Source: an uncultured Gemmatimonadaceae bacterium
GTDB lineage: Bacteria; Gemmatimonadota; Gemmatimonadetes; Longimicrobiales; RSA9
Length of the DNA: 64,000 nt
Assembly (NCBI GenBank): GCA_964410055.1
Contig: CAYPGK010000002.1
Coordinates: 1,642 to 65,641 of the forward strand
Direction of reading: 5' to 3'
The notes below the pieces were generated by a model that saw nothing but the letters and a program-made list of their open reading frames with translations, was not told the origin of the DNA and searched no databases. Each line of letters starts with the position of its first letter. Within the stretch, counting starts at the first letter, position 1. Positions 51,600 to 59,835 of the stretch are shown in pieces. Both the position numbers and the translations under genes were made by a program.

Positions 51600-52499
51600 C
51601 TAAAACGGGACGACGAACTTCAGGCGGGGCCCTCCGGCCTGCTCCAACGGCCTGAGAAGCTGCGTCAGGCTCGACGTCGCCCCACGCCCCAGAAGTACGT
51701 CCAGGAGCGTGAACTTGTCCTGCGGCGGTCGCACTACGCGCGGGTCGTCGCCGAGACCCGCCATACGCCCCACCGCCGAGAGGGCGTCTTGAAGATTTCC
51801 GATCCGGTCGACGAGGCCCATCTCGAGCGCCTGTCTTCCGGAAAAGATCCGCCCGTCCGCCAGCCGCCGCACCTCTGTGGGCGCGAGCCCCCGCTCCCGG
51901 GCGACCACCTCGACGAACTGCTCGTAGACGTCGCTGATCAGGGCGTCGAGGACTTGCCGGTCCTCGGGCGAGAGCGGCCGGTACATGGTGCCCACATCCT
52001 TGTGCTCGGCACTCTTCACGACCTGCATCTCGACGCCGACCTTCTGGAGCAGCGCGCTTACGTCCGGCAGCTCCATCAGCACGCCGATCGAGCCGGTGAG
52101 CGAGCCGGGGAGCACGAAGATCGAGTCGGCCCCGAGCGCGACGTAGTAGCCGCCGGATGCGCCCACGGCGCTGATCGTGGCGACGACGGGGTATCCCTCC
52201 TCGCGCAGCCGCGTGAGCTCTCGATACAGGCTCTGGGCGGGCCCGACCACGCCGCCGGGCGAATTGATCACGACGAGGAAGCCCTTGACCGACGGGTCTC
52301 GCCGGAAGCGCCGGAGCTGCTCGAGGTACTCGGCATCGTCGGTGATCACGCCGTCGACGTTGAGCACCGCGATCCGCTCGCCCCAGGCCAGCCCGTCATC
52401 GCCGCGTAGCGCGACGACCACGGCCAGCACGATCCCTGCCAACGTCATCAGGGATACGATACCTACGGCGAGCGCGATTATGACCGAGCGCCGGGACAC
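51600..52499 (-). CDS. sppA: Signal peptide peptidase SppA (S49, 36K type)
   Basis: An N-terminal TM segment, then VVINSPGGVVG, GASGGYY and GSIGV. Confidence 0.88.
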   Translation of the reverse strand: MSRRSVIIALAVGIVSLMTLAGIVLAVVVALRGDDGLAWGERIAVLNVDGVITDDAEYLEQLRRFRRDPSVKGFLVVINSPGGVVGPAQSLYRELTRLREEGYPVVATISAVGASGGYYVALGADSIFVLPGSLTGSIGVLMELPDVSALLQKVGVEMQVVKSAEHKDVGTMYRPLSPEDRQVLDALISDVYEQFVEVVARERGLAPTEVRRLADGRIFSGRQALEMGLVDRIGNLQDALSAVGRMAGLGDDPRVVRPPQDKFTLLDVLLGRGATSSLTQLLRPLEQAGGPRLKFVVPF

Positions 52500-52581
52500 G
52501 CGAGAATCACCATCACGAGTGCGGTATGTCGGTGAGAGGCGGGCGCATAGCTTAACTCCCGCCGCCCACGGCCGTCAAGCC

Positions 52582-53691
52582 TCATCGGGACCCGGCCTCC
52601 ATTGCGGACACGAAGCGGTCGAAGAGGTAGCGCGAATCGTGGGGGCCGGGTGACGACTCGGGGTGGTACTGCACACTGAAGACCGGAAATTCCCGGTGCG
52701 CAAGCCCCTCGACGGTCCCGTCGTTCAAATTCACGTGGGTCACACGAAGGGCGGGTGCGCCCTGCACCGTGTCGCCCGGGCCGCCGCGAACGGCGAAGCC
52801 GTGATTCTGCGCCGTGATCTCGACCGCGCCGTCCTCGAGCCGGCGTACCGGGTGGTTCCCTCCCCGGTGGCCGTAGAGCAGCTTGTACGTGGTCCCGCCG
52901 AACGCCCGGCCGACGAGCTGGTGGCCGAGGCAGATCCCGAAGACCGGCGTGCCACGCTCGGCGAAGAGGCGGATCGCCCGCAACGCGTGCTCGACGGCCG
53001 CCGGATCTCCCGGACCGTTCGACAGGAAGAGCCCGTCAGGCTCGAGCTCCAGGAGCGCCTCGGGCGACGTCGTGGCCGGAACCGTCGTGACGCGGCAGCC
53101 TCGCTCCGCCAGGTGCCGGAGCGATCCGGCCTTGATACCGAAGTCGTAAGCGGCGACGTGGAAGCGTTCCGTACCGACCGCCGCCACCTCGTACGGCTCC
53201 GGTGTCGTGACCGATCCGGTCAGGTCGAGCCCCTCCATGCGCGGGTGGGCCTGGACCCGAGCCATGGCCTCATCGACCGGAACGTCGGCCGGCGCGATCG
53301 CGGCCCGCATCGCCCCCGCGGAGCGGATGTGGCGCGTGAGCGCCCGGGTGTCGACGTCGGACAGCCCCACGATCCCCGCGCGGGCCAGGTACGTTTCGAG
53401 CGGCTCCTTCGCCCGCCAGTTGCTGTGCCTCCGAGCCAGCTCCCTCACGACGAACCCGGCCGCGTGTGGCCTCGACGATTCCTCATCCTCGCCGGTCACG
53501 CCGTAGTTGCCGATGATCGGGTAGGTCATGGTCACGATCTGTCCTGCGTAGGACGGGTCGGTGAGGACCTCCTGATAGCCCGACATCGAGGTGTTGAAAA
53601 CGACTTCGCCGAGGGCGACGCCGCGGGCGCCGATCGACACGCCCGGGAACACGCGACCGTTTTCGAGGAGGAGATATGCTGCGTCGGCCAA
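52582..53691 (-). CDS. carA: Carbamoyl-phosphate synthase small (glutaminase) subunit
   Basis: The TTG start (53689-53691) lies 4 nt after GGAGG. Also present: LLLENGRVFPG, GICLGHQL and VQYHPES. Confidence 0.92.
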   Translation of the reverse strand: MADAAYLLLENGRVFPGVSIGARGVALGEVVFNTSMSGYQEVLTDPSYAGQIVTMTYPIIGNYGVTGEDEESSRPHAAGFVVRELARRHSNWRAKEPLETYLARAGIVGLSDVDTRALTRHIRSAGAMRAAIAPADVPVDEAMARVQAHPRMEGLDLTGSVTTPEPYEVAAVGTERFHVAAYDFGIKAGSLRHLAERGCRVTTVPATTSPEALLELEPDGLFLSNGPGDPAAVEHALRAIRLFAERGTPVFGICLGHQLVGRAFGGTTYKLLYGHRGGNHPVRRLEDGAVEITAQNHGFAVRGGPGDTVQGAPALRVTHVNLNDGTVEGLAHREFPVFSVQYHPESSPGPHDSRYLFDRFVSAMEAGSR

Positions 53692-53845
53692 TGGACCTCC
53701 GGTTGCTTTCGGCCGAGGATCAAGTCGCGGGCGAATTTACGCGCCCACTCGCCCCTGTCAAGCGAGATCGCGACGGCCGGTGACCGCGCCGCGCGCGCCC
53801 GCGCCGGTTGCGTCGGGCGGCCCGGCTCGCGACCTTTCCGCACCT

Positions 53846-54442
53846 ATGGAACCGCTTGTCTACATCTATGCCGACGAGTCGTGCCTCGGCATCCAGTTCA
53901 CCGATCGCGATTCGCCTGGCGGCGCCGCCGGGCTCGTCGAGTTCTGGCGCAACGACCGCTGGGAGCGCCGCGACTACTGGGTGAGCGAGCCGGCCACGAC
54001 CAACAACCGAATGGCGCTGCGTAGCGCGATCGAGGGCCTCCGCGGACTGCGCGTGCCGTGCCGCGTCGTCTTCACCTCCGACTCCCAGTACCTGATCCGC
54101 GGGATGCGCGAGTGGGTGCCCGACTGGATCCGCCGGGGCTGGAAACGGAAGACCGGCGCGATCGAGAACGTCGAGTTGTGGCGCACCCTGGTCGGCGAGG
54201 CACGCAGGCACCAGGTCGACTGGCGCTGGGTCCGGGGGCACGCCGGCCACCCGCAGAACGAATACGCCAACTACCTGGCGATCCGGGCCGCAAAGGAGCA
54301 GACCTCGTCCGGCGGGTTCGTCCCATCGGGGTACGAGAGCTGGCTCGACGCCGAACGGGAGAAGGGGCGCTACCTGGACGTCTTCGAGTTCCAGCCGCCG
54401 GGGGAGGAGGCGTTCCGCCCGACATCGATCCCGCACGGCTGA
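53846..54442 (+). CDS. rnhA: Ribonuclease HI homolog with a C-terminal extension
   Basis: The inner ATG (53846-53848) gives MEPLVYIYADESCLG...TTNNRMALRSAIEGL...VFTSDSQYL...VRGHAGHPQNEYANYLA. Confidence 0.85.
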   Translation: MEPLVYIYADESCLGIQFTDRDSPGGAAGLVEFWRNDRWERRDYWVSEPATTNNRMALRSAIEGLRGLRVPCRVVFTSDSQYLIRGMREWVPDWIRRGWKRKTGAIENVELWRTLVGEARRHQVDWRWVRGHAGHPQNEYANYLAIRAAKEQTSSGGFVPSGYESWLDAEREKGRYLDVFEFQPPGEEAFRPTSIPHG

Positions 54443-54465
54443 GGACCGACCGGCCACCGCGCCGC

Positions 54466-55185
54466 CTACGCGATCTCCCGCTCGAAGACCTCGGCGAAGC
54501 GCTCGGCCACCCGTTCGCCGACCACGTCGAGGTCGGCGGACTCGCCGGTGAGCCGGGCGAGGGACGTGACGCCGTACTCGCGGATCCCGCACGGCACGAT
54601 CGCGTCGAAGAAGTTCAGGTCCGTGTTCACGTTCAGCGCAAAGCCGTGCGACGTGATCCAGCCGCTCGAGACGCGCACGCCGATCGCGGCGACCTTCTCG
54701 CCGCCGACCCAGACGCCGGTCATCCCTTCCATGCGGCCGGCCTCGACGCCGAAGTCGCCGAGTGCCCGGATCAGCGCCTCCTCGATGTCACGGACGTAGC
54801 GGTGCAGATCGCAGCGGTCGGGCTTGAGGTCCAGGATCGGGTAGCCGACGAGCTGGCCCGGGCCGTGGTAGGTCACGTCCCCGCCGCGACCGGTTTCGAA
54901 GAGCTCGATCCCCAGCAGGCGCCGCTCCTCCTCGCCCACCAGGATGTGCGACTCGTGCGCCGAGGTGCCGAGCGTGATGACGTGGGGGTGCTCCAGGAGG
55001 AGGAGTTGGTCCGGGACCTCGCCCGCGCGACGCTTGCGGACCAGCTCTTCCTGATACTTCAGGCCGGCGGCGTACGGCACGGTGCCGAGCCACCGAACTT
55101 CCAATTCCCGCGCAGGCGCGGGAGCGACGTCGTCGCCCCCGCGCCCCGCCTGTTGGGTCCGGGCCACGTCTACCGCTCCTTCCAT
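54466..55185 (-). CDS. lipB: Octanoyltransferase LipB
   Basis: Contains LLLLEHPHVITLG, GGDVTYHGPGQLVGYP, KVAAIGVRV and IVPCGI. The start is the ATG at 55183-55185, downstream of the E2 stop. Confidence 0.9.
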   Translation of the reverse strand: MEGAVDVARTQQAGRGGDDVAPAPARELEVRWLGTVPYAAGLKYQEELVRKRRAGEVPDQLLLLEHPHVITLGTSAHESHILVGEEERRLLGIELFETGRGGDVTYHGPGQLVGYPILDLKPDRCDLHRYVRDIEEALIRALGDFGVEAGRMEGMTGVWVGGEKVAAIGVRVSSGWITSHGFALNVNTDLNFFDAIVPCGIREYGVTSLARLTGESADLDVVGERVAERFAEVFEREIA

Positions 55186-55213
55186 GGCCCTGCTACTCCT
55201 CGCCCCGACCGGC

Positions 55214-56590
55214 TCAAGCCTCCTCGGGGAACGTTTCCAGGATCTCACGCAGGCGCGAGAGGAAGCGCGCGGCGTCGGCTCCGTCGACCAGACGGTGGTC
55301 GTAGCCGAGCGAGAAGTACGACCGCAGCCGGATCGCGATGGTGTCCATCCCGTCGGCCTGGACCACGACCGGGCGCTTGTCGATCGACCCGGTGCCGAGG
55401 ATCGCCGCCGTGCCCTCCGGGATCACGGGCATGCCGACCATGGTGCCCAGCACGCCAGGGTTGGTGATCGAGAAGGTCGCGCCCTGGATCTCATCCGGCT
55501 TGAGCTGCCGCGCCCGCGCGCGGGCCGCCAGGTCGTTGATCCGCTTGGCAATCCCGACCAGGTTGAGCTCGTCCGCGTTGCGGACGACCGGCACGATCAG
55601 CCCCGGATTCAGATCCACGGCGATCCCGATGTTGATGTCGCCGCGGTAGATGATGCTGTCGCCCGAGACGGTCGCGTTGACCATCGGGAACTCCTGGAGC
55701 GCACGCGCGACCGCCCACGCGACGAAGGCGGTGTAGCTGACCTTCGTGCCCTGCTGCTCCCAGCGGGCCTTGTTCGCGCGACGGATCCGGTCGATCCGCG
55801 TGAAGTCCATCTCGATCACCGAGTGGACGTGCGGCGCGATCCGCTTGGCCCGGACCATGTGGTCCGCGGTCAGGCGCCGGATCCGGTCCATCGGCACGAC
55901 CTCGTCGCCCGGACGGACGGGGAACTCCGGATGCTGGACCTGGCCGTAGAAGGTCTTCCAGAAGTCGTCTGCGGAAACCGGCCCGGCGGCGGCCGGCGCG
56001 GCGGGCCGTGCGGGAGCCGGAGCGGCCGCGGGTGCGGCCGGCGCGGCAGCCGGCGCCTTCTCGCGGGCCTCGATGTAGGCCATGATGTCCTGCTTCGTCA
56101 CACGACCGGCCTCGCCCGTCCCCTGCACCTGGGCCAGGTCCACGCCGTGCTCCTCGGCGATCCGGCGCACCAGCGGCGACGACCGGCGACGCAGCCGGTC
56201 CTCGGCCGTCTCCTCGCGCCCTGCCTCCGCGGCCGCAGGCGTCGCCGCGGGCGCGGGTGCCGCGGGCGCAGGAGCTGCGGCCTCGGCCGGCTTCTCCTCC
56301 GCCGGCGCCGGAGCCGGCTCCGCAGGCGCAGCGGCCGCCGCCGCGCCCGCCTCGGTCTCGATGTAGGCGACGATGGTCCCGACCTCGACCGTCTCACCCT
56401 CCTGTGCCGTGATCTCGACCAGTGTGCCCGCGGCCGGCGCGGGGATCTCGGCATCGACCTTGTCCGTCGAGATCTCGAGCAACGGCTCGTCTCTCGCGAC
56501 CGTGTCGCCCACCTTCTTCAGCCACTTCGATACGGTCCCCTCGGCGATCGACTCGCCCATCTGGGGCATCGGGACTTCGATACGCGCCAT
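55214..56590 (-). CDS. Dihydrolipoamide acyltransferase (E2) of a 2-oxoacid dehydrogenase complex
   Basis: The lipoyl domain is GTVSKWLKKVGDTV..LLEISTDKVDAEIP. Ala/Pro linkers follow, then the E1/E3-binding segment SPLVRRIAEEHGVDL and the catalytic DHRLVDG. Confidence 0.92.
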   Translation of the reverse strand: MARIEVPMPQMGESIAEGTVSKWLKKVGDTVARDEPLLEISTDKVDAEIPAPAAGTLVEITAQEGETVEVGTIVAYIETEAGAAAAAAPAEPAPAPAEEKPAEAAAPAPAAPAPAATPAAAEAGREETAEDRLRRRSSPLVRRIAEEHGVDLAQVQGTGEAGRVTKQDIMAYIEAREKAPAAAPAAPAAAPAPARPAAPAAAGPVSADDFWKTFYGQVQHPEFPVRPGDEVVPMDRIRRLTADHMVRAKRIAPHVHSVIEMDFTRIDRIRRANKARWEQQGTKVSYTAFVAWAVARALQEFPMVNATVSGDSIIYRGDINIGIAVDLNPGLIVPVVRNADELNLVGIAKRINDLAARARARQLKPDEIQGATFSITNPGVLGTMVGMPVIPEGTAAILGTGSIDKRPVVVQADGMDTIAIRLRSYFSLGYDHRLVDGADAARFLSRLREILETFPEEA

Positions 56591-56650
56591 TTCGTTTGCT
56601 CCGGCTATGGATCGTCGTTCAGACAGCGGCGCGCCGGAGGCGCACCGCCC

Positions 56651-57712
56651 TTAGTACTTCGCCATGTACCGCGCAGCGGCCACGATGTCCGCCACCTGGG
56701 GAAGATAATAATCCTCGAGCGGCGGCGAGTACGGCACCGGCGTGTCGATGGCGGTGACGCGCAGGATCGGCGCGTCCAGCCACTCGAACGCCTTTTCGTT
56801 GACCCGCATCGCAATCTCGCCGGCGATTCCTCCGGTGCGGGTGTCCTCGTGAACCACCAGCAGGCGGTTCGTCTTCTTCACGCTCTCGATGATGGCGTCC
56901 TCATCGAGGGGGAGCAACGTCCGCAGGTCGACGACCTCGACCTGGACGCCGTCCTCCTCCGCCAACTGCTCGGCTGCCTTCAGGCTCTCGTGCACCATCA
57001 TCCCGTACGTCACGATGGTGAGATCCGAGCCCTCACGGTGCACGCGCGCCTTCCCCAACGGAACGATGTAGTCCTCCTGCGGCAGCACCTCGCGGAGCGC
57101 CGGCAGACGGTAGAGCTTCTTGTGCTCGAAGAAGAGGACCGGATCGTCGTCGCGGATCGCGGCCTTGAGCAGCCCCTTCGCGTCGTACGCCGTTGACGGG
57201 TAGACGATCTTGAGCCCCGGCGTGTGGAAGAACGCCATCTCGGGGTTCTGCGAATGGAACGGCCCGCCGCGCACGCCACCGCCGACCGGTCCGCGCACGA
57301 CCATCGGGACGGGCCCGCTCCCACGCCAGCGCGACGTCGCAATGTAGTTCGTCAGCGGCTCGTAGGCGCACGAGACGAAGTCCATGAACTGCATCTCGAC
57401 GACGGGGCGCAACCCCATGTGCGCCGCGCCCGCAGCCGCGCCGGTGAAGCCGGCCTCGCTGATCGGCGTGTCGATGACGCGATCCTCGCCGAAAAAGTCG
57501 ATGAAGCCGTCCGTCACCTTGAAGGCGCCGCCGTAGACGCCGATGTCTTCGCCCATGAGGAAGACGGCGTCGTCGCGCTCCATCTCTTCCCAGAGCGCCT
57601 CACGGATCGCCTCCAGGAAGGTGACCGGCTTGCCCTGCTCCGTGTGCCGGACGTGTTCAGGGCGCTCGCGCCCTCGCTTCGACTCCTTCGTCGCCGTCGC
57701 CATACCGTTCAC
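56651..57712 (-). CDS. 2-oxoacid dehydrogenase E1 component, beta subunit
   Basis: Contains FLMGEDIGVYGGAFKVT. The start is either GTG 57712 (GTGA overlap with the E1alpha stop) or ATG 57703. Confidence 0.9.
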   Translation of the reverse strand: MNGMATATKESKRGRERPEHVRHTEQGKPVTFLEAIREALWEEMERDDAVFLMGEDIGVYGGAFKVTDGFIDFFGEDRVIDTPISEAGFTGAAAGAAHMGLRPVVEMQFMDFVSCAYEPLTNYIATSRWRGSGPVPMVVRGPVGGGVRGGPFHSQNPEMAFFHTPGLKIVYPSTAYDAKGLLKAAIRDDDPVLFFEHKKLYRLPALREVLPQEDYIVPLGKARVHREGSDLTIVTYGMMVHESLKAAEQLAEEDGVQVEVVDLRTLLPLDEDAIIESVKKTNRLLVVHEDTRTGGIAGEIAMRVNEKAFEWLDAPILRVTAIDTPVPYSPPLEDYYLPQVADIVAAARYMAKY

Positions 57713-58782
57713 GCGTGGTGCGGGTCAGGGATCGCAAGACGCGTCCACGGCCGCGCGGTTACGCGGTCGCCGTAGACGCCATCCAGCGCGGTGTCCGGCT
57801 CGGGCAGCGGAGAGGCTTCGGCCTCCTCCCGCGCCTGGTCGACCTCCGCCGCGACGCGGGCCTGGATCGCGTCCAGCTCGTCCTGCGTCGCCCAGCCGTT
57901 TTCCAGCAACTGCTTCTCGAAGCGGTCGATCGGGTCGCGCGCTTCCCAGTATTCGATCTCGCCCGGCGGCACGTACGCCTGCGCATCGTGCTCGGCGTGC
58001 CCCTTGCGCCGGTAGGTCAGGACCTCGAGGAGCGCTGCACCCTCCCCTGCCCTGGCCCGCTCGACCGCCCGCTTCGTCATCTGGTAGACCGCGAGCACGT
58101 CGTTGCCGTCGCACTGCTCGCCGTAGACGCCATACCCCTCGGCCTTGTCGACGAAGGAGGCAGCCGCCGTCTGTTTCGAGATCGGCGTCGAGTAAGCGTA
58201 CTGGTTGTTCTCGACGATGACGACCAGAGGCAGGCGACGCACGGCCGCGAGGTTGAACCCCTCGTGGAAGGCGCCGGTCGAGGTCATCCCATCGCCCGAA
58301 TACACGAGGGCGACGCGGTCCTCGCCCCGGAGCCGGAAGGACAGCGCGACGCCCGCCATCACCTCGACCATCACGCCCAGGTGGGAGATCAGGCCGATGT
58401 ACCCCTTCCGGTAGTCCGTGAAGTGGACGTTCTGCTCGCGCCCGCCCGTGGGGGAGTCACCCTTCGCCATGTACTGGCGCATGACCTCGACCGGGCGCGC
58501 GCCCATGAGGAAGAGCGAGCCGAGATTCCGGATCGCCGGCGAAATGACGTCGCCCGTCCCATCGGTCCTGCGACGCAGCGCGTACGCGCTCCCGACGGCC
58601 GTCGCCTCCTGCCCCAGCGAGCGGAACAGCCCGCCGATCACCTTGTTCTGACGATAGAGATTCGTGAGGACCTGCTCGACCTGCCGCGTGAGCTGGAGGT
58701 AGGAGTAGATCTCGTGCAACTGCTGGCGTGACAATCCGGCCACGACCTCGCCGCTCACCGCCGCCCCCGTCTGTTCGGCCAT
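57709..58782 (-). CDS. 2-oxoacid dehydrogenase E1 component, alpha subunit (TPP-binding)
   Basis: MAEQTGAAVSGEV...; the TPP motif is YSGDGMTSTGAFHEGFNLAAVRRLPLVVIVENNQYA. I set the start at ATG 58780-58782 because the upstream in-frame ATG (58836) lies inside the predicted -10 box. Confidence 0.88.
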   Translation of the reverse strand: MAEQTGAAVSGEVVAGLSRQQLHEIYSYLQLTRQVEQVLTNLYRQNKVIGGLFRSLGQEATAVGSAYALRRRTDGTGDVISPAIRNLGSLFLMGARPVEVMRQYMAKGDSPTGGREQNVHFTDYRKGYIGLISHLGVMVEVMAGVALSFRLRGEDRVALVYSGDGMTSTGAFHEGFNLAAVRRLPLVVIVENNQYAYSTPISKQTAAASFVDKAEGYGVYGEQCDGNDVLAVYQMTKRAVERARAGEGAALLEVLTYRRKGHAEHDAQAYVPPGEIEYWEARDPIDRFEKQLLENGWATQDELDAIQARVAAEVDQAREEAEASPLPEPDTALDGVYGDRVTARPWTRLAIPDPHHA

Positions 58783-58834
58783 GGGTTTGCCGCCGATCCT
58801 CTCGAGCTCTCGGTAACTGCCGCGATCCGCCGAC

Positions 58835-58863
58835 ATTATGGGCCGCCCCGGGAAGAGCGTCAA
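58835..58863 (-). promoter_or_regulatory. Candidate sigma70-type promoter of the E1alpha-E1beta-E2-lipB operon
   Basis: The minus strand reads TTGACG-N17-CATAAT. Confidence 0.45.
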
Positions 58864-58996
58864 GCCAAGGCCAGGCGCGACGTCGGCCGGTCCCCAGGGT
58901 GTCCGGGCGCACCGCCTGGACGGACGGCCGCAGGCCCATCGGTGCGCTCCTTGCACCTCGTGCCCCGAGCGATGCGAGAAGGAGCCCCCATGCACG

Positions 58997-59027
58997 AAAA
59001 AGCGCCGCACCCAATCGGATGCGGCGC
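58997..59027 (-). terminator. Canonical intrinsic terminator on the minus strand, ~290 nt downstream of secG
   Basis: 8-bp GC stem GCGCCGCA/TGCGGCGC (59002-59009 and 59020-59027) with a 10-nt loop, followed on the minus strand by TTTTT. Confidence 0.65.
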
Positions 59028-59053
59028 CTCGACCGCCACCGCGGAAGGCCATC

Positions 59054-59281
59054 ATGTCGCGAGAACCATTCGCCGCGCCCGAGTCCCGGCCTACCCGTCG
59101 AACCCGAGACGTTGCGCCGCAACGTCCTGGAGAGCCCGGTCGGGACCGGCGTCGAGCCCGGCGCAAAGGCACCGCCCGACGGACCCTGGCGCCCCGGGCC
59201 GAAAACCACCTCGGCCCTTACGAAACCGCGTACGACATCGCCCACGGCTACGCGACCGAGCGGACCATCATCCAGCCGTGA
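59054..59281 (+). CDS. Weak candidate small basic protein (75 aa), no recognised family
   Basis: The ATG lies 5 nt after GGAAGG. The last ~37 codons (..ENHLGPYETAYDIAHGYATERTIIQP) show a clean NNC/NNG coding pattern, about 89% GC3 by my count. The Arg/Pro-rich N-terminal half reaches only ~60%. The ORF is convergent with secG. Confidence 0.3.
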   Translation: MSREPFAAPESRPTRRTRDVAPQRPGEPGRDRRRARRKGTARRTLAPRAENHLGPYETAYDIAHGYATERTIIQP

Positions 59282-59313
59282 TCCACGGCCGGGCGCAGCA
59301 GGGGCCGCGCCCG
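59275..59313. terminator. Two adjacent hairpins between the convergent small ORF and secG
   Basis: The hairpins are GCCGTG-atc-CACGGC (59275-59289) and CGGGCGC-N10-GCGCCCG (59290-59313). Neither has a T-tract. Confidence 0.3.
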
Positions 59314-59315
59314 AG

Positions 59316-59705
59316 CTACGGCTGCGAGCCCGGCTCCTGCCCCGACGCCGCGCCCTGAGCCTCTCCAGCGCCCGGCTGCGCCTCGCCCTCCTGCGGCTGC
59401 ACGCCCGGCAGCACCGGCTGCGGCACGGGCGCCGTCTGCCGGAACTCCTGCTGAAGGATCGACTCCGGGATCCGCTGCCGCGTCGACAGGATCGAGAGCA
59501 CCAGCGCGAGCGACAGGAAGATCGCGCCGGCGATCCACGTCGCACGCGTGAGCAGCGTCGCCGCCTGGCGCCCGCCCAGGAACGTCTCCGTCCCCGCGCC
59601 GCCGCCCATCGCGGCGAGCCCGCCGCCCTTCCCGGCCTGGAGCAGCACCACGACCATCAGGAAGAGGCCGTCGAGGATGAGGAGCGTGAGTAGAAATCCG
59701 AACAT
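59316..59705 (-). CDS. secG: Preprotein translocase subunit SecG (with a Pro/Gln/Gly-rich C-terminal tail)
   Basis: MFGFLLTLLILDGLFLMVVVLLQAGKGGGLAAMGGGAG... A GAGAGGA SD lies upstream. Confidence 0.9.
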   Translation of the reverse strand: MFGFLLTLLILDGLFLMVVVLLQAGKGGGLAAMGGGAGTETFLGGRQAATLLTRATWIAGAIFLSLALVLSILSTRQRIPESILQQEFRQTAPVPQPVLPGVQPQEGEAQPGAGEAQGAASGQEPGSQP

Positions 59706-59745
59706 GTAGTGATCCTCTCGCCGTTTTCACGCGGTGAAGCCCTGT

Positions 59746-59774
59746 AATATCCCGAGCGCGCGAGGGCATGTCAA
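59746..59774 (-). promoter_or_regulatory. Candidate sigma70-type promoter of secG
   Basis: The minus strand reads TTGACA-N17-GATATT in the tpiA-secG spacer. Confidence 0.4.
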
Positions 59775-59835
59775 GCGCGTCCGTGGGCGGTGCCGCCGGT
59801 ACCGTGTACTCCGCACGGGTCGCGAAGTGCCCGGC

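Noticed and set aside
55975-56345. GC-rich repetitive DNA (GCCGCGGGCGCGGGTGCCGCGGGCGCAGG...) that looks like a tandem repeat.
   Set aside because: It encodes the Ala/Pro-rich flexible linkers (AAPAPAAPAAA...) between the lipoyl, E1/E3-binding and catalytic domains of the E2 acyltransferase. This is a normal feature of that family.
59085-59110. tmRNA/tRNA-like string on the minus strand (CTCGGGTTCGACGGGTAGG, resembling the GGATTCGACGGG of the tmRNA 5' region or a T-loop).
   Set aside because: There is no complementary T-stem, no acceptor stem and no ...CCA-proximal partner sequence. No tag-reading frame or resume codon context is recognisable.
59040-59281. Frameshifted gene or programmed -1 frameshift. 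High G/C periodicity sits in plus frame 0 for ~59058-59205 and then in frame 2 for ~59165-59281.
   Set aside because: There is no slippery heptamer at the junction. The frame-0 signal is explained by the Arg/Pro/Gly/Ala/Asp/Glu-rich composition of frame 2, where first codon positions are all G/C. It remains possible but is unsupported.
59072-59315. 12-nt direct repeat GCCGCGCCCGAG at 59072-59083 and 59304-59315, flanking the unexplained segment. It could be read as a target-site duplication or insertion scar.
   Set aside because: A GC-only 12-mer recurring within a few hundred nt is not clearly beyond chance in this composition. No inverted repeats or mobility genes lie between the copies.
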